Shown: positions 53,233-64,000 of the stretch, one piece after another
Numbering within the stretch: the stretch's first letter is position 1
Layout of the letters: every line of letters begins with the position of its first letter
From: Octopus sinensis
Taxonomy: Eukaryota
Assembly: GCF_006345805.1 (NCBI RefSeq)
Contig: NC_043011.1
Span: forward strand, 14,892,464-14,956,463
Direction of reading: 5' to 3'
DNA length: 64,000 bases
Position numbers and translations under genes: made by a program
Notes under the pieces: model-generated
What the model was told of the DNA's origin: nothing
The model's input: the letters and a program-made list of their open reading frames with translations, nothing else
The model's database searches: none

Positions 53233-55162
53233 ATGGTGGTGGAATTTTATTTATTAAGACAATAACAGAAAATATTCTCCGAACCATACTTGTAAACCAT
53301 ATTTGTTTTTCATTTCCACAGCATGAATTTAGTTAAAAATCATTTGTATGAGAATAAAGACTTAAAACTATAAAAAGGGGTATATTTATTTATTTATTTA
53401 TTTAATTAATGACTTCGAAAGGAAGGGGCGAATATCTTGACACTTTCGATTCTTGTTGAAGGAAGAGAAATTACCATCATATTGAGACATGATGCAAATG
53501 TTTGCAACAGAAAATGGACTTCGCTAAACTTATCCATGGACAGTAAAATTGAAGGAGGTGATGACGAAGACTTCAGTTTCAAAACAGGATCGTCAAAGCC
53601 CCTGGCAGTTTTCGCTAACTCAGTTTGATTCATAAACCCTTGGTTGACTTAAGGTTATGATAGGAGACCTTATAATTCAGTACATTTTGTTTTTAGCTAT
53701 TATTACACACAATTCTATTTTCAATTAGATTATTTTAATACACTAGACACTATGTTATCTGTTGTGTAGCCATAGAAGGACAGAAGGATTTTACGTGGCT
53801 ACATAATGCAGCTATAAGATAAATGGTATCAATATAACATTTGCGTTCTCTGAACGTACACAGCTCTTGTTTATTCTTTAAAGAGATTAACTTAGTCAGT
53901 CGGTAGACAAAATTAACGACGACGATAAATTTAGTTCTGGCATAAAGTGGTATAATTTCCTAACTTCCAGGTCAATGAAACAAAATAAAATGACAAACTA
54001 GAACTAGTATTAACCATTTGTATACCAGAAAACATGTTGTTGGTTGACATACTGACTGACTAGTTTTGTAAAGTTCGAGGTTTTGTTGATTACACCAAAT
54101 TCAGTATATTACTAGATCTGCTGATATGTAATTTATTAGGTCTGGACAGGTGAAAGGTAATCGTAGATGGCTGTGAGCTGACAATAGTGAGAAATCAGTT
54201 TAGTTTACCGTATGTAGTTCTGTGTTCCAGTGTTTCACAGCTTTGGTTATCTCTCACAGTTTATGCAAAGAAATATTGATTTATTTCACTTATAATCGGG
54301 GCCATGTTATTTTAGTGATACAGCTGAGTGAATTCAAAACTGTATAATGTAGATAACCTATATTATCGATCAAATTCGACTGTGATATAATTTGAACTTA
54401 GAACGAAGAAGATTGAGGTTAAATAATATAAATACTGTACAATTCAGCAGTATTCTGTTTCTGTTAGCTCAATACCCAGATATGGAGAGATATCAGAAAA
54501 AAAAGAAATATTCAAATTTGGTGTAATGACAGAATTTCTTTAGAAATAGAGAGAGATTAATCCGAACATACAAATGTTGATCTATTCTATTTTGCAATAT
54601 AAAATAATAATATTCATTAAAAATTGAAATTTTATTCTTGCTTTATCTTATGAAGAACAGTTGCAAGTGTTTATTAAGATAAATAATACAAGAGAGAAAA
54701 AGAAACAATGAGATGAATTTGCACCAGCGCACTATTATTAACCAACTTGTAACTAATTTGTAGCATTCAAAGACGTAGTCTTTCACACACATTGTAAAAT
54801 CAATCAACTAATGTACATCAACATTCCAACAGTTGATAATCAAATATATTGCAATTTATTAACAGAAATATCGATGTGATAACACTAAAAAGTAGAAACT
54901 GGTTCTTAAAATGCAGGAATAAATTAGTTTAGAAGAAAAAGAAAATGAGATATTGATAGAAAATAAATTCTTGGAGGAAAAAGAAACAACAAAAAGAAGA
55001 TTTAAGATTCTTTAGATGTTTGATGGTTTAAAAGATAAATCAGAGCAGTCACATCAGGAGAAAGAACTTTTGTTAACTTCCAGTGATTTGGAAAATATGC
55101 AAATCCCGTGAATCGTTATGTAAATATTTCAGTAAAATAGATCTATCGAACCTTTGGGAGTA

Positions 55163-55193
<31 letters not shown>

Positions 55194-55705
55194 CAAACAG
55201 AGAGAAAGAGGAGAGAGATAAATGACAAATGGTTCAAACATTTTACATATTTTCTGTACAGTTAAACAATAAGAATATATGAATATCATTTGATGACTGA
55301 CTTAGTATGGGTTGGACACGTTTACAAATATAGATATTTGTGGGTTCCAATCAATAAAATTTACACCTCTACTGAAACAAAATATTGCAATAATAATGAA
55401 ACTTGTCTTGGTAATACTTAACATATTCAACAGCTACCGCCGTTGTTTGGTTGATTTTGTCTGGTAAAGAATGAAATGATTTTATGAACTTCAGAAGCAA
55501 AACTATTCTAATACAGAAAGGAGAAATGATAATGTTTAATACTTTTAGTATTGGAAATAATAACCACAATAATCTTAATTACATACGGTAAGCTTACATT
55601 AGTTTTTGACTAAGCTATGATGAGAGATAACTCTGAAAGATTTACATCTGTTGCCGTTGCTTTAGCTTATGTTACAGGAATGTTCGTAATATACAGGGAA
55701 GCACT

Positions 55706-55890
55706 TAAGGCAGCGAGCTGATGGAATCGTTACTCCGTATTTAAGTTCTAAGTTCAAATACCGCCGGGATCGACTTTGTCTTTCGTCCTTCCAGGATCTA
55801 TAAAATAATTAACAGTTGAGTACTCGGGTTGATGCAATCAACTTACTCCCTTCCCCGAAATTGCTGGTTCTGTGTCAAAATTTGTAAACA
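55706..55890 (+). mobile_element. Diverged SINE family C
   Basis: GCAGCGAGCTGATGGAATCG..AAGTTCAAATACCGCCGGGATCGACTTTG. Confidence 0.7.
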
Positions 55891-56453
55891 ATATACAGTG
55901 TGGCCCTTTGTAATTAAATCATCAATTATTGCACATTGCCAGCCAATGAAATCTTTTGGCAATTGATAGTATAATAACATCATGGTTGTTGATTACCTAT
56001 GAGTGCATACTGAAGTTTTTTTACATAGGTTTCTCCTCCAGCTGATGAGAACAATGACTGCATCTCTCATTCTCTCTGTTTCTGCCTTTCCAGTATTATA
56101 CACTGTAACTATAAGCATTCACTGCAATTGAAATTTCTTAATTAATGTAATATGATTGGTGAACTGTATTTTGTTGTCTTTCGAAATATATTATTTCATG
56201 TTGGCCATTTTGCTGAAACCAGTGATGTTGGAAAGAAAATCTACAAGAGAATCAGAACTACAAGCAATAACATATTGAGTGAATATGTGTTGTAGGTCAG
56301 TCAAAGATGGCACAAAAGACGGAAATGTAGAAGAGGCTGGACTTGACTTGAGAAAGAAGATGCTGGGTTTGACTTGAGGATGAAACTGTCGAAAAGCGGT
56401 AATTGGAGTGATGTAACTAACTAAATAGACATATGTGTCTCATGAGTCAGCCA

Positions 56454-56764
56454 GTGGAGGCACATCGCCTAGTGGTTAGAGCAGCGGACTCGCGGTCGCG
56501 GGATCGCGGGTTCGAATCGCAGACCGGGCGATGTGTGTGTTTATGAGCAAAACATCTAAGTTCCACGCGGCTCCGGCAGGAGGTAATGGGCGAAACTTCT
56601 GCTGACTCTTTCGCCACAACTTTCTCTCACTCTTTCTTCCTGCATCTTGCAGCTCACCTGCGACGGACCGCCGTCTCGTCCAGGTGGGGAACCTATACGC
56701 CAAGAAACCGGAAAACCGGCTCTTATGAGCCAGGCATGGCTCGAGAAGGAACAAACAAAAACAC
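56454..56764 (+). mobile_element. SINE family B tail type 2 with TSD
   Basis: GAGTCAGCCA on both flanks. Confidence 0.92.
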
Positions 56765-57136
56765 GAGTCAGCCAGAGAGTCTCTATGTGGTCGATGTTTC
56801 TAGTTGCTAGAAATGGTTACTGGATTTGCCATGAATTGTACCCTACTGCCTCAAAAACTGAAGAACTCACTGGATGATGTAGCTATAGATGAACAATGCC
56901 TATAGGAAATAAATTTTAAAAAATCACAGGAACTGTTTCAGATATGACCCGAGATCAAATAACAACCATAGACCGACATAGTAGAGCAACTCAACGATAA
57001 TGAAAACTTAATGATGCTAATATAATTTACAGTAAGTTATTTTAAGAAAAGACGTTTCCAAGAAAGGAAGCCAAGATGAAACAGCTTCAACAAACCGAGT
57101 CTATGCAATTTATTTGAACTCAGTATAAAGATAGTA

Positions 57137-57390
57137 GTGGAGGCGCGTGGCTTAGTGGTTAGGGTGTCAGCATCATGATCGTAAGATTGCGGTTTCGATT
57201 CCTGGACCGAGCGACGCGTTGTGTTTTTGAGCAAAACACTTCATTTCACGTTACTCCAGTCCACTCAGCTGGCAAAAATGAGTAACGCTGCAATGGACTG
57301 GCGTTCCGTCCAGCTGGGGGACACATACGCCATTGGGAAACCAGGACCATGAGCCTGGCTAGGCTTTAAAAGGGCGCATTTATTTATTAT
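57137..57390 (+). mobile_element. SINE, B-related head with CORE-like body
   Basis: TATAAAGATA on both flanks; similar to 8773-9019. Confidence 0.85.
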
Positions 57391-57509
57391 TATAAAGATA
57401 ATAGATAGATTCAATTAGATTTACAAGCTGCAAGGTGTTTCATACATATAAATTTCTTTAGATAAAAAAAGAAAAGTATACATCAGGCTGGAACATGTGA
57501 CCCTAACCC

Positions 57510-57720
57510 ACGTCCGTTTTTTTCCTGGCGCTCTTCTTTTTTACCTTCTTTCTTCTTTTCCCAATTTTGCGTCGACTTTTCTCGTATCCGTCAAAGGACC
57601 TCGTCCGAAACGTTATATTTACTCTCCTTGAGCGACAGCCCAATAATATTAACTGTGAATGTCCTTCATACTGCTATTGATTTTTTTTCGTCTTACTTTC
57701 CTATTTGTATTTGCTTTGCT
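57510..57720 (+). mobile_element. Penelope-like remnant with degenerate hammerhead-like motif (57584-57618)
   Basis: GTAT-CCGTCAA-A-GGAC CTC GTCC-GAA-ACGT-T-ATAT. Confidence 0.5.
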
Positions 57721-57739
57721 TACATACTTACAGAAGCAC

Positions 57740-57772
<33 letters not shown>

Positions 57773-58165
57773 TATGTTCATTGCTAAAGACTGAGCACTT
57801 TATACGTTAGTGTGTGTGTGTGCATGTGCGCGTGTACATGTCGAAGAGAGAATCAAAGCACCTTTTTGCTTTCAATAAAATTCTTAAACAAAACTGAAAA
57901 GATGTAAAGATTCCTTGATGTTTACTTGTCTTCATTTCTCACTTCTTTCAACCAAATGGACAAAAACAGTGATGACACGTGCGCGCGCACGTGTTTGTGT
58001 ATGTGTGTGTGAGTGCGCGTGGATTTTGGTTTCTGCGTTTATATTGTTCTTTTCGGATTCCAAGTTCCACTTCGATTTCTGCTACCAGATTCCTTGCACA
58101 GATAGTAGCCTATTACTATCTCTCTCTTCTCTCTCCCCCTTTCGCTCTCTCTGTATATATATATA

Positions 58166-58212
<47 letters not shown>

Positions 58213-58260
58213 TATATATATATATATATATATTCATATATATATATATGTGTGTATATA

Positions 58261-58353
58261 GTTAATCCAAACATAAACAAAGAGAAAACACAACAGCGCG
58301 AGGACGTGGAACAAGTATAGTGTTATTGGACGCTCAGGAAAGGAAAGAAAGAA
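58261..58353. mobile_element. Short repeat remnant in (TA)n, probably Penelope-like
   Basis: ..GGACGCTCAGGAAAGGAAAG.. similar to GCGCTCAGGAAAA at 10803; embedded in TA microsatellite. Confidence 0.4.
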
Positions 58354-58525
58354 TATATATATATATAAGGTAATATTTATTCCCACTTAAAAGCGAACGT
58401 TGTGTTAGAACATAGAGTACTGCGATAGTTACCATGAAAGAACCTCTCATATAAACTCGTGGTGCATATAAATAATCTTGTTTATATCGCTAGCAGGAGA
58501 CAATCACCCGCCATCGCTGTATATA

Positions 58526-58572
<47 letters not shown>

Positions 58573-58824
58573 TATATATACATATATACATATATATATA
58601 TCTTACATATCTTACATCTATTTTCTTTCCTCCACCTCACTCTCTATTTGTATCACATCTAAACTAACTGAGACTTAACTATCCTCTCACACCGTCTCCA
58701 ATGAAGGGATATTATTATTAATTAATATTCTAGAAACAGCTGTAAGACATTCTATCTATAAATGCTCTAATATCTATACAGCCTTGGTTTTTTATCTCAT
58801 TAGGTAAAAAATTCATATATATAT

Positions 58825-58863
<39 letters not shown>

Positions 58864-59306
58864 AGTGAAGGGTTAGAAGGTGGGTGGGAGAGAGAAATAT
58901 ATATATACACACATACATACTCCCTCCTCCATTCACACTTGACTTCACTAAAAAACACATGGGGAGACACACCTATATAGTATTTTCTAAAGTCATATAT
59001 TCATTCAACTTCTGTTTTCGACGCCTCTCAAGATTTCCAAACTGACGATGGAACCAGTGCTCACATTTACGCAATAATGATTATACAGTTGAACTAGATA
59101 GGTGACTATGTAGAGGAAGGAAATTGTCAATTTGTATTCCAGCTCAACGCTTCTAAACACTGGCTTTATTCAGTGCCGTCCAAACATTACTCTTTACCTA
59201 ATTATTCAGAAAGGAAAATAATTAAATCTTAAACTCTTTCATTTCAGTAGCTATACTTGTAATTTTCCTCTCCTTCTCTCTTTCCATACAACTCTCCTTC
59301 TGTCTA

Positions 59307-59337
<31 letters not shown>

Positions 59338-59342
<5 letters not shown>

Positions 59343-59789
59343 ACTCTTCTTTCTCTCTCGCTTCCTCCTCCTTTCTTACTCTTCCATTTTCCTTTTTTCT
59401 GTCTCGTAAATCATATGTGACCATCACCCACCACAACATAATTCTCATTCTATTTATCACACTATTGACTTCCATTCTATCTCTCTCTCCATCTCTCTCT
59501 GTCGCTGTCTGTCTGTCAGTATCCCCCTCTCTCTTTCTCTCCCTCTTCCCTCTCTCTCTCTCTCTGTCACTCTTCTTTCTCTCTCGCTTCCTCCTCCTTT
59601 CTTACTCTTCCATTTTCCTTTTTTCTGTCTCGTAAATCATATGTGACCATCACCCACCACAACATAATTCTCATTCTATTTATCACACTATTGACTTCCA
59701 TTCTATCTCTCTCTCCATCTCTCTCTGTCGCTGTCTGTCTGTCAGTATCCCCCTCTCTCTTTCTCTCCCTCTTCCCTCTCTCTCTCTCT
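59338..59789 (+). repeat. Exact 226-bp tandem duplication bounded by (CT)n
   Basis: identical blocks offset by 226 bp (e.g. 59340/59566; ORF starts 59417/59643). Confidence 0.9.
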
Positions 59790-59898
59790 ATCAATCTCTA
59801 TCAATCCTTCATCTTCCCCATAACTCTCTACTTTCTTTCTAATCTCTTTTCTTCCCTCAATCTTTTTTCATTATTCCCTTTTCGTCCTATTTCTGCTT

Positions 59899-59905
59899 CA
59901 CCACC

Positions 59906-59937
<32 letters not shown>

Positions 59938-59986
59938 CACCATCCACACAACTTCTGCTACTACTACTACTGCTACTACTACTACG

Positions 59987-60030
<44 letters not shown>
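59899..60030 (+). repeat. Compound (CCA)(CAA)(CTA)n microsatellite
   Basis: direct reading. Confidence 0.9.
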
Positions 60031-60033
<3 letters not shown>

Positions 60034-62948
60034 GTTTATCTGTCCTACATAGCAACAAAATAATAAATTCACGTCGTCGTTGAGTCTCACCCTCCAAGAC
60101 TCTCAGAGACGTCGGTAAGCTGTTGAGTGGAACAAAGAAAGATAAATAAAACTCTTTATTTTTATCTGTCATTTACTTTCTCGGCATTTCTCTTCTGTTT
60201 CATATTAAATGAAAAAAAAGGAAGAAAAACAGGAAAGGAAGAAAAAAGAAAAAAAAAAGAAGCGAAAAATTGCCGGTAACTAGTTTTATGTGTGCAAACA
60301 ACTGTAGACTCTCGTTTGTTTTTCATGTATTAAAACATATTATACAGAATTCTACTACGCTGGAGAAACTCACGTGAACATTGATTGAATATATTTACAC
60401 ACGTATGTATTGGGGACACACATATATATATAAGCATGCATATATGTAGGTATGTATACTACATATACATAAAACGTGTGCATTTTAGCCATATAAGAAG
60501 AAAAGCTACAGATCAATGTGATCAGTACTTGCTGTAAATAACAAGTGAACTAAGCTAGGCTTGACTCCAATACATTATGAATAATATAATCTGTGATTTA
60601 AAACGTTGGCATTCGTCCAAATCGTGTTATACAACCTCAAACTGTTCATGGTTTTAAATTATCGATCACACACACACACACACACGCACACACACACACA
60701 CGTATACGTATATAATCTGCAGCAGCTTTACTTTAACATAATCACTTAGCTTGCAACATACTCAAACATCACGGATTATCATCCGCATTCGCTTTTAGTA
60801 CGTACGCAAGTAATGAAAATGTTCTTGCATCATGATCACAGAGAAGGCAAAGGAAAATATAAAAAAACAAAAACAAAAGGAAATAAGGAAAACAAAAGGC
60901 AAAAACAAATGACAAAAAAAAGAGCCATTAATTCCGCAATTGTAGTGCTTTCAGGAGCACTATTGGAACCCGATATAGACCGAGGAGAAAATATTGACGA
61001 TGGAGACATTCCTGACAATAATTTTATTACTGGAAGCAATACAAATATACAGAACCAGAAAATATAGCAGAAGTAGAAACACCTTTTGCTGATGATATTC
61101 TTCCTAACTTAACCAACAAATCATAAATAAAAACTGTTGAAAATTTTGAATGACTGCTGCTTGTGCTGCAACATAAAAATTGGCGATTTGGATTTTTGTG
61201 AAAATGTATTGTTGTATGTGTTATTGATTATTTTATCCAAATTTATTACAATATGCGATATCATTATTATGAAAGACACGGAAGCAGTTGAGTTACAGTC
61301 TAGTTATTTTTATTCTTAAGTCTGAAGTCGGTTCTGTTTGAATAGATCTCTGACCAAAGACATTCCATTCGTGACCATATCATTCTTTTGATTTTATATT
61401 CCGGAATATATTATCCACTGTATTGTTCATTTTTAAGACAGTAAGGAGTGAGTAAAAACAAAAATTGTTGATATTTCTAGCAGGTCGAGTGACCGTTTAG
61501 AAGCTCCTTCGTTACATAGACATTGCAATATGCTTCATTTGTATGATCTGAAAAGGCTGATTCATTTTTAACTAACTTTAAATGTTTAGAGAAAATATAT
61601 TCTATTTTTTGGCTGTTTCAAATATTTTGCATACAGAAAGAGGATCAAGGAAACCTGTCCTCACAAGATTATTTAAATATTGCGATTAAAACTGAACGTT
61701 TTAATCACAATATTCAGTTACACTAAGATATAATTGTAAAGGACAGAAGTTGTTCCCTAGCCACAGGTCTACTCTAATCCGTAGACCTTATCAGTAAAGG
61801 CATTCCAACTGCGACCGTTTCATTTTTTTCTTGTGTGCAGAGAATCCAGACCTACATTATTCAACGACTTAAAAAAAAAGAAAGAAAATAAGAGTGTAAT
61901 TTGAGGGAGATTTAGCTGTTATGTTATAGCAGGTCGAGTGACAATGTAGAAGATCCTTCAGGGATGCAAAAAACTGAATGGGCAGTGGTTTTAGTCCTGT
62001 GATGTTAAAGACTCGTCTATAGAGTCCATCGAGTGGAGTAGAGTGGCGAGGACTAATCGAATCATATTTACACCTGTAATGTGGGACCGTCGAAGTTCAT
62101 CCCGTTACAAGAGTCATATTTAAGGGTATAATATGAAGGAAATTTGACTGCTTAGAAAGTTGTAGATCACATAAGAAAAAGTATTTTGTTCACTATGTCC
62201 TTGGGTGATTTCACATGTACAAACCACTTCAAGCGAACTCCGTAGGATATAATTCACTTCATCTATCTAAATTAACTGCGATACATTTACCGTTTTGTCA
62301 TGAGTTGCATCCACTCTTTATTAACTTAACGCTATGCGGGCTAATAGAAACTGTTGAAGCTTTAGGCATCGTAAAAATATTCAATTTATACTACATTATC
62401 TCACATTATTCATTCGACAATTTGTAGTTTACCAGTAGTGAATATCCATAACCACATACTTCTTTTGTGCATTCTTCATTTATAAAGTCCACTGTATGTT
62501 TCTATGCCAGTATGTTCCATATTGTAGGCCACAATTTTGCACTTAGCTAACCTATATTTTGTATTAGGTTGTATTTTTTCCTACAAAAGATAGGCTAATA
62601 CTTTCCAGTAATTTCTATAGAATATTTTTATCGTCGTCAGTTTTAGATACCGTAAAACTTTATAGGGAATGAAATAGGAAAACTTCACACAATTTGGTTC
62701 CTGACGGAAATACAAACAGAAAAATATTGTATCCCTAAAGCACTGCAATAGTCACTGGGAAAAGGTACTGACAAAAAGAGAAAAAAAAAGTAATTTACAG
62801 TAATTATATAAATTAGCATATTAAAAAAAAGATATGTTCTTCCACTACAATAATATTTTAGGTCTGTCCTATATTTGCTTATTTTTTTGTCCTGAGTTGT
62901 TTGGATGCAATGCTGCTGAGTAAATCAATTCCTCGTAGATGTTAGTTG

Positions 62949-63246
62949 TTTGTTCCTTCTCGAGCCATGCCTGGCTCATAAGGGGGGTTTCCCGGTTTCT
63001 TGGCGTATAGGTTCCCCACCTGGACGGGACGCCGGTCCGTCGCAGGTGAGCTGCAAGATGCAGGAGGAAAAGGTGAGAGAAAGTTGTGGCGAAAGAGTCA
63101 GCAGAAGTTTCGCCATTACCTTCTGCCGGAGCCGCGTGGAGCTTAGGTGTTTCGCTCATAAACAAACACATCGCCCGATCTGAGATTCGAACCCGCGATC
63201 CCTCGACCGCGAGTCCGCTGCTCTAACCACAAGGCCATGTGCCTCC
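62949..63246 (-). mobile_element. SINE family B tail type 2 with 12-bp TSD
   Basis: AGATGTTAGTTG on both flanks. Confidence 0.92.
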
Positions 63247-63335
63247 AGATGTTAGTTGATACCAACCGAAAGTCTAGGACGGCTCCTAAGGACAACACAA
63301 GCTTTTTTTTAATTCAGGCACACACACACACACAC

Positions 63336-63425
63336 ATACGTACATACATACATACATACATACATACATACATACATACATACATACATACATACATACA
63401 TACATACATACATACATACATACAT
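63336..63425 (+). repeat. (TACA)n microsatellite
   Basis: direct reading. Confidence 0.95.
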
Positions 63426-64000
63426 GAGTGAATCAACGTTCCCTGACCAACTGAAGATTGCCAGTGTATTTCAAAAGTAATTTCGCCAAATTATAACGAC
63501 TCCATGTAATTTTACTGCTTACAACACACAAGCAAACGCGCGCGCATCTAGGATGGCTTTACTACGAGTACACAAACTAAGGTACTACATATATGCGTAG
63601 ATTTGTATGTGTCTGTATGTATGTATCTATCTATATGCACACATACACACAAAACAAAACAACACATATATTCATATACATACAGATGTAAACGTTTACA
63701 TATAAGAAGAGACAGATCGAAGAATGGGAATATAAAAAGGAATATACATAGAAAGACAGACAGACAGAGTGATGTCAAATCCTCTCATGTGAGTGTCCTT
63801 ATGAAGTCATAAGGTCTTGGCGTGTTAACAGGTGTAACTGGTATATGTGCAGTACTGTCATATGTTGTGGTAATTAAATTCGGTTTTAGAGCTCGAGCAG
63901 AGAAAATATATAGTAATATGCTGGGAAGGATAGGAGGAGAATTTGTAGAGTGAGTGTTATGGATAAATAGCGAATGATAAGGTTATCCAATCAACCGGAT

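Noticed and set aside
60266-60280. AAAAATTGCCGGTAA shared with 39806-39820 (minus)
   Set aside because: Single 15-mer, A/T-rich, no extended homology or consistent context.
60813-61067. 84-aa ORF as a host exon
   Set aside because: N-terminal half is A-rich low complexity; no donor or recognisable domain.

Overview
AT-rich, repeat-dense eukaryotic genomic DNA with no prokaryotic features. The SINE, microsatellite and retroelement repertoire suggests a cephalopod, probably Octopus (inference from recognised repeat sequences, not a search). No complete host protein-coding gene is visible; nearly all ORF-track entries are microsatellite or SINE translations. Real coding remnants are all transposon-derived: Tc1 (5.1-5.4 kb), RTE 3' ends (11.3, 31.3-31.5 kb), a LINE ORF1-like piece (22.2-22.8 kb), a CR1/L2 3' end (28.6-29.1 kb), a Tx1/L1 3' end with a CCHC knuckle (44.2-45.5 kb) and an internally deleted mariner (45.7-46.6 kb). 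About 30 tRNA-derived SINE copies fall into three families (A, B, C here). Also present are a tRNA-Glu pseudogene fused to a SINE tail, two TTAA piggyBac-type MITEs and five copies of a ~420-bp GG-terminated, 8-bp-TSD (Merlin-like) MITE carrying internal TTAGGG repeats. Best leads: (1) a recent 558-bp tandem/inverted, non-coding Penelope/retrozyme-like element at 49.1-50.3 kb with a type I hammerhead ribozyme whose core is canonical; (2) three more minimal hammerhead-like motifs sharing a non-canonical CUGUNGA-A core; (3) the telomere-repeat MITE, one copy of which has a 22-bp target duplication; (4) two strong minus-strand AG|GT recursive-splice-like sites inside a CpG-depleted left-hand domain that looks like a methylated gene body. 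All coordinates and alignments were read by eye.
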